This document shows, in pieces, positions 47,887 to 60,374 of a DNA stretch of 64,000 nt. Position 1 is the first letter of the stretch. Every line of letters starts with the position of its first letter. A program made the translations under genes and the position numbers. Source of the stretch: Amphiscolops sp. MND2022 (Eukaryota); contig OZ076419.1 of assembly GCA_964187785.1 (NCBI GenBank), positions 10,788,001 to 10,852,000 on the forward strand, read 5' to 3'. A model generated the notes under the pieces. The model was not told where the DNA came from. It did not search any database and was given only the letters and a program-made list of their open reading frames with translations.

Positions 47887-50800
47887 ATGACCGACACCAG
47901 ACAAGACAAAGTTAGAAAACTTTTCGAAAGTCGTGCCAAAGCTGAGACCGAGTTACAAAGATTGCTTGAAAAAGTTCAAGATGCCGTGGAGAACAAAGAT
48001 AGACGTATCCGCGTCGAAAGACTTGTTACTTTCTGCGACGAAGCAATGACAAAACTGTTTGCCAAACATGAACAACTTTTCGAACTCGCTGGCAAAACAG
48101 AAGACCCATCACTTGTTAAACAAGATTTGGAAACTTGGTTGAATGAAGTGACCACTCGAAACGATGAGATTTCAAAGAAGGCTCGTGATTACATCGATCA
48201 GTGCCCGCCTGTCGATGGAGCATCTCAATCATCAACGACTGTCACCAAGAGAAAGCAACCAAGCAAAACGTCAGCTTCAAGGACATCTAGACAATCGAGA
48301 ACATGCAGTCAACGGCATCGAGACTTGCTAATTGCTAAGCAACGTAAGGAGGAGATAGAAAGACAAAACGAAGCTGCCCTTAGATTTGCAAAACAACAGC
48401 AGGAACTGGAACTTGAACGTCTACAGGAAGAACAAGAACTACTCAGACTGAGGACCGACCGACTCAAGAAGGAGCAAGCACTTCGAGTAGAACAGTTAGA
48501 AGAAGAGAATCGAAAGAAACTAGCTGAAGCAACACTCACTGAGCTTGAACTGACCGAGGACTTGTCGGACTCTCAATCGGAGTTTCTAGACACAGTTTCA
48601 CAACTAGCGGCTTCGACCACAACGCTTCAGGGGACAAATGCTCCATCAGTAACTGCTTCAGCCTCAGCTCCTTTGGCAACCGCCATGTCAATTCCGATTT
48701 CAACAGTCACCGTTCCCACAAGTCATGTTCTTCCGAATTTATCAGCCTGGACATTTCCGACAGGACCAAGTAACCCGCCCGTGATAGTAAACCCCGTAAC
48801 GTCGAGCGCCACTGTGTTTCCGACAGTTTTACCGGCTACTAGTGTCGCCTCAACATCTTCGCCTGTTATCCCAGTCACCGCTGGAGGAACAGTATACTAT
48901 ATTAACCAGACGTCTCTTGCAACTGTGCCCGCACCGAGCAGCGCACCAGTACCGACTACTTTCCCGGCCGTTCCTTCAACAGCAACACCATTGGCAACTC
49001 CTCCATCCGTCAATGTACCGCAACCTGCTACTACCAGTTTCACTGTCCAAGATCTTGCGTAACTGTTAGCATCCTCGAAGAGGGATCACCTCCCTGAATG
49101 GAAACTAGCCCAGTACAGTGGAGATCCACTTCAATGGCACGAGTGGTTTGGCCAGTTCAAGAGTGCCATCGATTCAGCGCCCCTTACCGATGACGTGAAA
49201 CTGACCTACCTGAAGACACTGGTGTCCGGTAAGGCGAAGACTGCTATCGCCGAGTTTGCATACTGCGGTACTATGTATAAAGACGCGCTGAAAACGTTGG
49301 AACGAAAGTTTGGTCAACCTCAGACTGTTGTTAGTGCCTACTTGGACAAACTTGCCAACTATCCGCCAGTAAAGATGCACAATAGCGACAGTATTATTAG
49401 CTATTCTGCCACAGTTTCCTCACTGGTTGGTGTTTTCAGATCCTTGAACTACCTGCAGGATCTGTCGAGTGCTTCTCTCCTGGGCCAAGCGGTTCAAAAA
49501 CTTCCACCAAATTTGAAGGAGGCGTGGTCGATGAACACCGTCAAACGGAATCTGGATCGGCCGACTTTCATTCACTTTAACGATTGGTTAAAGGAGAAGG
49601 CAGAGGCACACGAAAGAATGAAAGCCTCCTCCAGTAAACCAAGATCCGAAGAAGTTCCTGTCACTACCGTAACTAAGACAAAAAGAGGAACCAAAGTTTT
49701 TGCGGCGACCACCAGTAACCAAGGGAACGCTGTTACCAAGGTTAAAAGTGAGAAACAATGTGTAGCTTGCAAGGACAGTCACCCGCTTTGGCGTTGTAGA
49801 GTGTTCCGCCAAAAAACTCCGACAGAGAGAACCAAGCTAGCCGCGGAGAGCAAACTCTGCTTTTCGTGTCTAAACGAAGGACATTCATTCCGGCAATGCC
49901 CGCAACCAAGAAAATGCACCAAAGACGGCTGTATCAGCTCTCATAACACCTTACTTCACGGGTCCGACAAAATTTTCCCACAGAAAAGTCTCGGCGACGC
50001 GAAAACTTCCCAAAGTGAAACGACAAAGGTCAGTCAAAAACAAACAGGCAACGAAAGCTCCGGCATGCGTTCCGTAACCGACGTCAAAGGCTTGTTGCAA
50101 ATAACAGAAGTCGAATTGACATCGCCGTCGAGCTCCGCTAAAATTCTTGCATTGTGTGACTTAGCTTGTAGTCATTCATGGATCTCGAGAAGATTAGCCG
50201 ACAAGCTACAAGTTAAGGGCTCAGCAAGCAAGTTAACCGTACATGGGATAAACTCCCAACAACTGATCGACACGGAAACGGTTGAGCTTAAGTTGACACC
50301 CGTTCATTCGGGTGGCTCTTGTTCATCTTTTCCTGTCACTCCTTACGTCCGAGATGATTTGAAAGTTGGAAACGACATTATCGACGTTGACAAACTGAAA
50401 ATGACTTACCCGCATCTAGAACCGATCCCCCTGAGCAAGTACAGCTATTCAGAAATTGAGATGATCCTTGGTCAGGATGTCTTCCACTGTATCCGCCCAT
50501 TGGAGTACTTCGAAGCTGACCGTCCGAATACTCCAATAGCCGTCCGTTCACCGTTGGGTTGGGTACTGAGTGGTCCGCTTCCTTCCACCACGGGTCTTTT
50601 CTCGACATGTTTCAAAGCTGTCACTGGCTCAGAGAACGATTCTATTCTTGCCGAACAACTTCGCAGCTGGTACGACATTGAGTCATATGGTGCCTACAAA
50701 CAAGTTGACTCTCGCTCCGCAGCCGATGCGCAAGCGATGAAAATCCTCGAAGAGACGACATTCAACGATGGCTGCCGTTACCAAGTTGGAATGTTGTGGG

Positions 50801-53800
50801 CCGACGAAGAAAGTACGTTGCCGAACAACTACTTCTCGGCTCTTGTACAACTTAAGTCGTTAGAACGCCGCCTCGGAAAAGATCCTCAACTGAAAGAGAG
50901 CTACAGCAAGACAATCAGAGAGGACGTCGAAAAAGGGCATATAGTTCGAGTCGATAAGTCCGAATGTTTCCGTACCGATAACCGTCGTGAGTGGTACTTG
51001 CCACATAACCCCGTAGTACACCCGCACAAACCCGGCAAAGTGAGAAGAGTTCTCAATGGTGCTGCAAAGTTCCATGGACACTCTTTGAACAACGCCCTTC
51101 TAACCGGTCCGGATCTACTGCAAAGTTTCATCCATATCCTCTTCAGATTCCGTCAATTCCCCAAGGCCGTGTCCGCCGACATTGAAGGCATGTTCTTACA
51201 AGTGGGAGTTATACCGAAAGACCAACCGTCCATTCGTTTTTTGTGGCGGGAGGATCCATCAACTGAAGTTGCTGTTTTTCAGTACGTGAGACACATCTTT
51301 GGGTCGAAGGACTCTCCGACTTGCGCAAATTACGCTCTGAAGAGGACCGCAACCGACAATGCCGACAAATTTTCGAAAGCCGCTCAAAGCGTGCAGACGA
51401 ACTTCTACATGGACGACTACCTCGAGTCTAGTCCCACTGCTCACGAAGCTACCGAGAAAGCTAAAGAATTAGTGAAATTGCTTTCGCTAGGTGGATTCAA
51501 TCTAACGAAATTCGTGTCTAACGACCGAAACATCTTGCAACAAATCGAACCAATATCTGAGCGTGAACCCAACGATGGTAAACAGTTACCGACAACTGAG
51601 GAATCATCGCACGTACTTGGCCTCAAATGGAACCACGACTCGGATACACCTGTTGCCAGTCGAGGCACCTGTCCTGACACAAACAGAACAGTTACTCAAC
51701 GAGTTGTCCTCAGCCTCGTCTCCGCCGTCTACGATCCCCTTGGGCTCGTAGCCCCGTACATCGTGAAAGCCCGACTCCTGCTGAAGGACATATGGAGACT
51801 GAGCGGCCAGAAATGGGATGACTTTCTCCCGGAGAGCATTGTAACCAAGTTTCTTGACTGGAGCTCTGAATTGGGAACTCTAAGTGAACTCGTGATTCCA
51901 AGAAGTTACTTCCAACAAAAGGTCGAGTGTCTGGAGTTACATATGTTTGGTGACAGTTCGCAAGATGTCTTTAGTGCCGTAGCCTTCCTCAGAGGGAAAG
52001 TTAACACTGGAAATGGCAGTTCAACCGAATTAGCCTTTGTGCTTGGCAAAGCACGAGTTGCACCAATGAAAGCGCTGACAATCCCGAAACTCGAACTGCA
52101 GGCCGCACTGCTCGCCGCAAGATTGAGAAATAAAGTGCAACGCGCGCTCACTTTGCACATTGAAAAAACATTTATGTGGAGTGACAGTACTACGGTCCTT
52201 CAGTGGCTACATTCTCTTGAGAAACAGCCGGTGTTCGTTGCAAACCGTGTTGCAGAGATACTCGAACTGACAACTGCAGATGAGTGGTACCATGTTCGAT
52301 CCGCCGACAACCCTGCTGACGCCGGAACTAGAGGTTTGTCTGCCGAGACGCTCCTGCAAAGTAGTTGGTTAAAAGGCCCCGACTTCTTGAAAACAAACCA
52401 ATGGCCCTTCAGGCCATCTGAAGACTTCCGACAGAAACTGAAACAAGTGAAACCGGATCCGACTGACAAACTAGTTACAGACTCTTCGTCAAAACTGTGC
52501 GAAACCCAAGTTGCAATTGCAAAAACTTTCGAGTGGCAGAAGTATTGCTCATACGAGAAACTCCTGCGCATTGCAGCCTATGTTTTGCGGCTCTTACCAA
52601 GAAAAAGCGAATACAGGACAGACACAGGTGCCATTATGGATCCGGCCGAACTTGATAATGCCGAACAACGTCTTTTCTACCTGACTCAGGCAGAATCATT
52701 CAAAGTTGAAAGAAGTAATATGCTGAAGTCAACTCCGCTCAGTAAAACTTCCAAACTTGCCCAATTTTCTCCCTTTATAGGACCCAACGGGCTCCTCAGA
52801 ACCTCTGGTCGAACAAGAAACCTTGACGGTGCAACATTCGATGTGAAGTACCCCATTCTTTTGGACGCCCGACATCCCGTGGTTCGACTCTTGTTGGAAC
52901 ACACGCACGTCCGACATTGTCATCAAGGCGTTGACTACCTCCGCGCTTTGATACAGCAACGTCTTGCCGTGATCAAACTTCGAGCAACTTTGAGAACAAT
53001 AGTTTCGAGGTGTGTCACTTGCCGTAAGCGAAGAGCTGAAACTGTTACTCCAGTGATGGCGGACCTCCCGCGAGAAAGACTTGCTTTCAAAGAACCCCCT
53101 TTCGCGAACACTGGTGTGGACTATTTTGGACCCTTCTTTGTAACCGTGAGGCGGTCCACTGAAAAACGTTGGGGTTTCCTTTTCACATGTCTAACGACTC
53201 GCGCGGTTCACTTTGAAGTAGTTCCTAGCATGGACACTAGCAGCTGCGTGATGGGAATAGAAAGATTTTGCGCCCGTCGTGGCATCCCATCAGTAATCTG
53301 GTCCGACAACGGGACAAACTTCGTTGCTACCGAGAAAGAACTACTGTCCAACATCAACAATTGGAACCAACGAACTGTCAGCGATGCGCTCGTCAAGAAG
53401 GGGATTAAGTGGAAGTTTAACCCACCAAGCGCTCCACACCACGGAGGCGTTTGGGAGCGCCTAGTTCGTAGCTTCAAGCACGTATTCTATGCCATTTTAG
53501 GAAACCGCCGTTTGACGGATGAAATTTTGACGACAACGTTCTGCTTGGTGGAACAGTGTCTCAATGCTCGTCCAATTACTCCTGTTAGTCCTGAAGCTAC
53601 GGACCTCGACGCTCTTACACCAAACCATTTTCTACTGGGAACCGCTAGTTCAACCTTGCCATCACACTTCCGCCCCGAAATAGACCATCGAAAGCGATAC
53701 GTTCGAGCTCAAGCGTATTCAGACGCAATTTGGAATCGTTGGCTCAAGGAGTACGTTCCAAACCTCAACCATCGCTCGAAATGGTCCAAGTCGTCAGACC

Positions 53801-53994
53801 GAGATCTGAAGACCGGAGATCTCGTTTGGCTAGTCGAACCTACCGCTCCAAGAGGACACTACCCACTTGGTCGTGTAGTGAAGTTAAACTACGGCACCGA
53901 CGCCATCGCCCGTTCAGCTGAAATCAAGACCTCTACCGGAAACCTTGTTCGCCCAGTTGTCAAGCTCGCTCCCGTTCTCCCCATTCCCGAATAA
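47887..53994 (+). CDS. BEL/Pao gag-pol polyprotein, one frame with a single premature TAA at 49060-49062
   Basis: Coiled-coil gag, LPEWKL...GDPLQW, CCHC knuckles, protease CDLACSHS, RT YMDDYL, RNase H FGDSSQ, integrase H/H/C/C plus GVDYFG, SDNGTNF, GGVWERL, and RPVVKLAP terminus. Confidence 0.95.
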
Positions 53995-55386
53995 ACTAGA
54001 AACTCTATTATTTTGTTTTTGTTTCGTTTACCGTAAATTCTTATATTTCATGTAACATGTATGAAAAAAAAATAAAATAACTTTGGAAAAAATTTTCGAT
54101 TAATTCATTTCTCCACATCTTCTTGGGCCCGGAGGATGTTGACAAGCAATAAGATTAAAAGCAAATAGACGTCACTCATTTGCGTGCTTTGGAAATATAA
54201 TTGGAATATTCTAGAACACAATGCTTAAACACAAAAGATGTTGAGCTATTTCGGCACTGCGACGACTTTCTAAAAAACTTGCACTTTCCTCTTTGGCCTA
54301 AAGTGTCTTGGAAAATGTTTTGCGGGCCTAAAGAGTCTCGGTTTGGTTTCCAACACTGTGCGACTTCTAGCAAATTGGAATTTTTTAGTGAAGGAAATAT
54401 TTCGAAGTCTGAACAGTATTCTTCGGCGGTGTAAGATTAATATTAATTTTCGCGTTTCATTTTGCTCATTTAAATACTTGGCTCTTCTCGACTCTTGAAT
54501 GGTTTGGTCGATCGGGCTCGTTAGAAGTTCAACTCTAATAACATTGAAATTGAGATCTATTGGGATCTTCAAAGGTATATATTCGTATACTTACGTTATG
54601 CAACTAAATCTAGCGATAATGATGCAAAATAGTTTTGTAATTCAACTTAGTCATTCTAATATTTGTGCTTTGGGTGTTTTAACAGCACATTCTGGATTTT
54701 TAGGGGGATTACTGAGACATTATAAACTTTTATACGGAAAGATTCTGCCATTTTCCCCGAAACTTTTCGATTTCTTGATTGCGGAAAACAAGTTCCACAT
54801 CCTATCTATCCGGAATCGATGCTTTTGAAATTGATACAAAGCAGGAAAACAAGGTTCTAAGTTAAACGGCTCAATTTCAGACTGTGGTTTTGTTGCTTTC
54901 ATCCTTGCAGTTGGAGTGCCTCTGACGTGGCAGCAATAGTGAGTTTCAGACGGTTCAGAGGTGCAAACTAGTGCTACGAACGAAGTCGTTTTGGTATAGA
55001 GAACCCCCTAAGACATGTGAACTGTCCTTGTTTTACGATGGCGAAAGCGTTAGAATTTTTTGCAGGTTTTAAAAGATTAAAACTTTCAAGCAGTTTTCAG
55101 CGAAGTTCATGGATGCGCCGAGCTTTAGAAACGAAAAGGTTCCTGAATTTTCCATGGTTCAAAATGACCCTGCATACATGAAAACGGCATGGAAAACTTT
55201 CCGATTCGACGAGGGTTTGTGTGAATGTATAATACAATTGATACAGTGGTAACAATGAGAGCTTGATGTCATTTAACCTCACGCAGTTGCCAAAGCAGTA
55301 CGGACTGTCGCTTTACAAAAATTGATATTGTAAAAATTTTATTTCCAGCGATATCAAGACCAGCATGAATCACTTATAGCAAATAT

Positions 55387-55719
55387 TTAATGAAATCGGC
55401 TGTCGCACTTTTGGTCGACCTCATCGCTGTAGTCGTTGCAAGGGAGAGCTCTGCAGCAGTCGGGTCTGCCGTTGCACATGAGGGCTCCGTTGATGCAGGT
55501 CCCGTCCTCACACCTGTGCTTGTCGGCGCCACAAGGGGTGAACCCGGGCTGCTGGTGGCTCCTGCAATCCATCTCGTCCTCGCCCCTGGAGCAGTCGCGC
55601 ACCTCGTTGCACCTGGCCGACCTGGGCATGCACTCCTGGTCCCAGCATCGGAAGTCGCACCTCACAGGGGGCTGGTTGTCTGGCACCTTGGGCAGGGGGA
55701 ACCACGTGTTGTCGTCGCA
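55387..55719 (-). CDS. LDLa-repeat protein exon 6 (last)
   Basis: tttcAG acceptor; LDLa repeats 18-19; stop TAA at 55387; AATAAA ~45 nt downstream. Confidence 0.8.
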   Translation of the reverse strand, partial: CDDNTWFPLPKVPDNQPPVRCDFRCWDQECMPRSARCNEVRDCSRGEDEMDCRSHQQPGFTPCGADKHRCEDGTCINGALMCNGRPDCCRALPCNDYSDEVDQKCDSRFH

Positions 55720-55792
55720 CTGAAACATTTGGATCACTAAACATGTAGGACAATGATAGTCAAGGTATCATTTGGAACAGTGGAATGCTAAC

Positions 55793-56224
55793 GTTCTTTT
55801 CGTCGCTTCCAGTCGGACAGTCGGGCCAGCCGTCGCACTCGTACGAATGGGGCAGACACTCGCCGGTGCTGCACTGCAACTCGGCCAAGCTGCAAGTGCC
55901 ACAGTTGCCCTCGTCACTCCTGTCTCGGCAGTCGGGGAACCCGTTGCACACCTTGGTCACAGGAACACATCTCTGGCCGCCGTCGCAACTCAGGTTCGGG
56001 GGCTGGCACGAGCCGGGTCTGGGTCCTTGGTTTCCCGGGCAGTTTTCCTCGTCTCTTCCGTTGGAACAGTCTGCTACGTTGTTGCACCTCTTGAAATCGG
56101 CCACGCATTGCCAGCGGCTGCACCGGAACTCAAACTGCGAGCACTGCCTTTCCTGTGCGTAGGGGGGAACCTCCAAGTTGCCCACACACAATCGAGCACT
56201 TTCGTCCTCGCCATTAGCACAGTC
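55793..56224 (-). CDS. LDLa-repeat protein exon 5
   Basis: GT-AG boundaries, phase 0-0; CxxxEFxC...CD...DC..GSDE repeats. Confidence 0.88.
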
Positions 56225-56302
56225 CTAAACATTTTATGACATTCATGAATGCTCAAGATTTCAACGATCAAGGAAGCAATCAAGCTGGCAATTTTCACTA
56301 AC

Positions 56303-56601
56303 ACGATATCCGTCGCATCTTCGGGACAGAGGAATGCACTTGAGCTCGCTCTCACAGCCATACTCGGACGCCAGGCACTTGAAGTGGATGTTTCCTCCGG
56401 GGTTAGTTCCTCCACAGCCAGACTCGTCCGACCCGTCCAGACAGTCCCGTGTACCGTCACACCTCTTGGTACTTCGGATGCACTGTCTCCCGTTGGCACA
56501 CGCCCACTCGTCAAACATGCAGTTGCCAACTCCGCCGTTGTTGCCTCCGTGATGACCCCCACAGTTCAGCTCGTCCGAGTGGTCGGGACAATCGGGGCGA
56601 C
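56303..56601 (-). CDS. LDLa-repeat protein exon 4
   Basis: ttccAG acceptor (phase 1), GTTAGT donor; two LDLa repeats with Gly-rich linkers. Confidence 0.88.
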
Positions 56602-56683
56602 CTGGAAACATGAAAAGGCTACCCTACTTGCTACTCAGAGAGGGATCACATAATGGTTTGAGCTCTAAGACCAAAAACGTTAC

Positions 56684-57096
56684 CATTACACCGGGCAGAA
56701 CGGTGAACACAGGCTCCGTTGAGACATTCGAATTCGGAATCGGTGCAGCCACAGTCCCTTTCGTCAGAATAGTCCCCACATTGATCGATGCCATCGCACA
56801 AATTGCTCAGATCGACGCAAGCTCCGTTGGCACAGGTGAACTCGACCCCATCTAAGCAGGGACAGTCGAGGGGCTCGTCAGATCCGTCGGCACAGTCGGG
56901 GTGCCCGTTGCACTGCAGGTAGTCCCCGATGCACTGGCCGTTGGTGCATTGGTACTGGCCGGGCTTGCAGGAGCAGAGGATCTCGTCCGAAAGGTCGCCG
57001 CAGTCGTCGAAACCATTGCAGTGTTGGTGCTCGTTGATACAGAATCCGTTGGCACATTTGAACTTGTGGATGGTACACGAGCATCGGAATTCGTCA
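56684..57096 (-). CDS. LDLa-repeat protein exon 3
   Basis: ttttAG acceptor (phase 2), GTAACG donor; LDLa repeats 9-12. Confidence 0.88.
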
Positions 57097-57166
57097 CTAA
57101 AAAGTACAATTGTGGTTATGGGAATCTTCAAAAGGATCATTGGTAAAATTGATAAGTTTCTAGAAC

Positions 57167-57528
57167 CTTCCATCCGCACAATCTGGGACACCATCGCAGA
57201 TTTTGGCGTTGGGCACACATCCACTTATATCCTCGCATCTCCACTTGCCGAACGAGCAAGAACAGTCTACTTCGTCGGAAAAGTCTCCGCAGTCGTTGAC
57301 CCTATCACATCTGGTTGTGAAGTCGACACAGGCCCCGTTGGTGCATTGGAATTCGTTGTCCTCGCAAAAGCATCTCATTTCGTCCGAGAAGTCTCCGCAG
57401 TCGTTCCGGCTGTTGCATTCCAGTTCAGCGGGAATACATCGTCCATTCGTGCAAGTGAAGTGGTTGGGTCCGCACCAGCAGAAAGTTTCGTCTGACCCAT
57501 CGCCGCAATGGTTGTCTCCGTCGCAAAC
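57167..57528 (-). CDS. LDLa-repeat protein exon 2
   Basis: tttcAG acceptor, GTTCTA donor; LDLa repeats 5-8. Confidence 0.88.
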
Positions 57529-57599
57529 CTGAAAGATTGACTAAAATGAGAACAAGCACCGGTTTATTAAGTTATGAAGGCATCAAACAAAAAACCAAC

Positions 57600-58400
57600 G
57601 CGATCAAACCGGACACATTTTTCGTTGGCACAAGCAAATTTCTCCCGATCGCAAACGCAGCCACTTTCGTCATTGTGGATTCCCCCGCCTTGACAGTCGA
57701 CCTTTCCGTCGCAGAGCCACTCGCCTGGGATGCAGTTGTCGGTAACGGGGCACTGGTATTGGTTGAACGAGCACGCCGGGCAGTGCAACTCGTCCGACCA
57801 ATCAAAGCAGTCGTTGCTGTGGTCGCACTTGTGCACCTCGTCGATGCAGTTGCCGTTGCCACACGTGTACTGGCCCGGAGGACACTTGAAGCAGCCGATC
57901 TCGTCGGACATGTCTCCGCAGTCGTTCGCGTTGTTGCACAGGTCTATGATGAGGATGCACTTGCCGTTGGAGCACTTGAACTCGTCCAGGGTACAGTCGC
58001 AGTTCATCTCGTCCGAGGCGTCGCTGCAATGGGGGATGTTGTCGCACACCCACTGCCGCGAGATGCAGCTTCCACTGTTGCACGCAAACTGGTTGGCCCC
58101 GCAGTTGTGCGGCAAAACCCGACCTCCCGGAGGACGCATCTGTCGCTTTTCGCTCTCGTTGCCAGCTCGCACCTCCAAGTGGTTCAGACGAGTCATGCTT
58201 TCGTTCTCCAGGATGAAGCGCTTCTTCGCAATGTACTTGTCCTCGGGAATTGCACTTTCATACGCACGTTTCGTCGCTTCCATCAAATTCTTTTGCTGTA
58301 TCCGTTTCGTCTGCTCACTTTCTGCTTGCGTCATATGACCCAAACAAAACCATAATGACAGAACTCCGAGGAGTTTTGCCCAACCTTGGATGTCACGCAT
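57600..58400 (-). CDS. LDLa-repeat protein exon 1 (signal peptide, linker, repeats 1-5)
   Basis: ATG at 58400; hydrophobic LLGVLSLWFCLG...TQA signal-like segment; LDLa repeats from NCGANQFAC. Six exons total 2640 nt = 879 aa plus stop, and the frame is preserved at every junction. Confidence 0.9.
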
Positions 58401-59554
58401 TTAAATTTGAAGTTTAAATACAATCGATCAATGAATGAAGTTTATAGAGTTTGGGCTATGAATTTTGGATTTGAAATGAAGTTGGGAGTCAAGTTTCGTA
58501 AACTCATTTTCAAGTTTGGTGTTTGACAGGTGGTTTGAGAAACCTAACTGGTGACTCAAAATGGCCCCACAGGAACCTTTTCGTCGGCTAATTTTGAATT
58601 TTGCAGGAAAGCAGCGTATTTTGATTGACAGCCAAGCTGAACTGAGTTCATGCTAAAACAAAATTACCAATTACAAATTACTACTAGTTGAACGAAAAAC
58701 GGAACGCGTGAAAATTTCACTCTTCAAAATCGTAATATTTGTAAACAAGGCACTGAAAATCTCTCGAATTTGTCAAACTTGAGCTATCATTACGTAATCA
58801 ATTTTCAACAAAGGTTGGCCTAAACCTTCTGAAAATGTCTAGATATGTTCACCAGTCAATTCGTTCTCACTTTCTTGGTGTGAAAGTTCTTTCGGTTCTA
58901 GAAAAGTTGTCAAATTGTTCTGCGTTGAAAGTTGTCTTGAATTTTTGTCGATAAATATTTGATACTTTGAACGCTCTAAATTTTTTATGCGATCCGTTTT
59001 TTGGTTCACTTAGTACCAAGTGTCGAAAACAGATGAAAATTAGTGAAATTTTAACTGTCAATCATTCAACCACTGAAAACTGGTTGGTAAATACTTGAAT
59101 TGTGAAAAATGTGAATTATTACGTGTACTGTTTTTTAAAGGTCAATAAGTTGTAAAAGGGTGAACCAAAAGAAATGCAACCCACAAAAATTTCATTCTTC
59201 AAAATTTTAATATTTGTAAACAAGGCATCGAGAAGCTTTCACTTTTTCCGTCAAGCATTCAAAATGGAGCTCTTTTGGTATGTTCGATAATGCCACGTGA
59301 TTTTTTCAGTACATGAAAAAGGAATATGCTCTTAAAGAAACCTCCTAAAGCTCTCATCATATGCGCCATAGCTTTTTCTCAATTTAGTAATTGAGTCGTC
59401 AAATCTATTCTTTTGCGTTGGGCTTCAATCATATGGAAATGAAACATCAAGGTAATCAACTTCTCTGCGATACGTCTCTATAAAGCTAATTGAAAACACC
59501 AGATAACCCCGAGAATTCAAGCGTGACGAATTAGAAAGCTTTATTTTGAGAAGC

Positions 59555-59640
59555 GGGGAAAACGTTTTCTTTTTAAGCAATTAGCGGATATTCGTCAGGG
59601 GAAAACGTTTTCTTTTTAAGCAATTAGCGGATGTTCGTCA
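59555..59640 (+). repeat. 43-bp tandem duplication
   Basis: GGGGAAAACGTTTTCTTTTTAAGCAATTAGCGGAT(A/G)TTCGTCA x2. Confidence 0.9.
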
Positions 59641-59831
59641 TTTCCATTATTGATTTCAGTTTTTATCGCCTGAAGGCAATATAATTTTTTTCTGGAGCTT
59701 TAGAAAAACTTTCAAAATAAAATCCTAGAAAGACTGATTACAATCTCAAATCGATTGTATAAAACAACAATTGATATTTAGATATCAAAATGCCGACACT
59801 AGATCAGAACCATGGGTATTTTTGAGCTAAA

Positions 59832-60300
59832 ACAAGACGAGAACGTCTAAACTTGGCGCCCGGTTAAGGCTGAGAAAACGTTAAAATTTTCAATATACTT
59901 GGGGGGGCTTCTAAAAAGTTCTATAAAATCCCACAGCGGTGAACACATTCAAAAAGGCCCTTAAGACTTTTCCTTCCTAAAAGTGGGGAAAATTTTCGTC
60001 TGAGTTCTTCGAAACTAGAAAAGTCGCAGTGCCAAAAATGCAAATGGGAGACACTACGGCTTGAAATGTACTTTTGAAACCTGTAAATATACTTTTGAAG
60101 GGTGAAAACTTCTGAAAACATCAAAAAATTTAGAAGTTTGGCCAAAGTTTTGTTAGCCAAATAGGAAAAAAGCCACACAATGCCGAAACACGTTTGGCAT
60201 ATGGCCACGTCTGTTTTGCAAAAGTGAAAAAAAACCAGAAAAGTGCGGGACACCAACCCACGAGCTCCCGCTTCCAAGTCACACATGGTAACTACTATAC
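59832..60300 (-). mobile_element. Degenerate HINE family A-like copy
   Basis: Hairpin AGACG-AGAA-CGTCT followed by a degraded subTIR and TAAGGCT; internal AAGTCGCAGTGCC / CACAATGCCGAAA motifs shared with family A. Confidence 0.45.
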
Positions 60301-60374
60301 AGTACAAGGCAACAATTGTGTTCGGATGTGAGAGTGCTCGAAAAGTTCACAAATCACCTTAAGGGTGGAAAAAA

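Larger units (their letters stand above)
45413..54218 (+). mobile_element. Near-intact BEL/Pao LTR retrotransposon (8.8 kb)
   Basis: 82-bp terminal direct repeats TGTT...AACA (45413-45494 and 54137-54218, one mismatch); 5-bp TSD CAATG (45408-45412 and 54219-54223); PPT GGGCCCGGAGGA before 54137. Confidence 0.95.

Noticed and set aside
55390-58355. Long plus-strand ORFs (e.g. 55390-55740, 55772-56239, 56929-57495, 57537-58355)
   Set aside because: Antisense shadows of the GC-rich, Cys/Asp-rich LDLa exons; Ala/Val-rich with no motifs.
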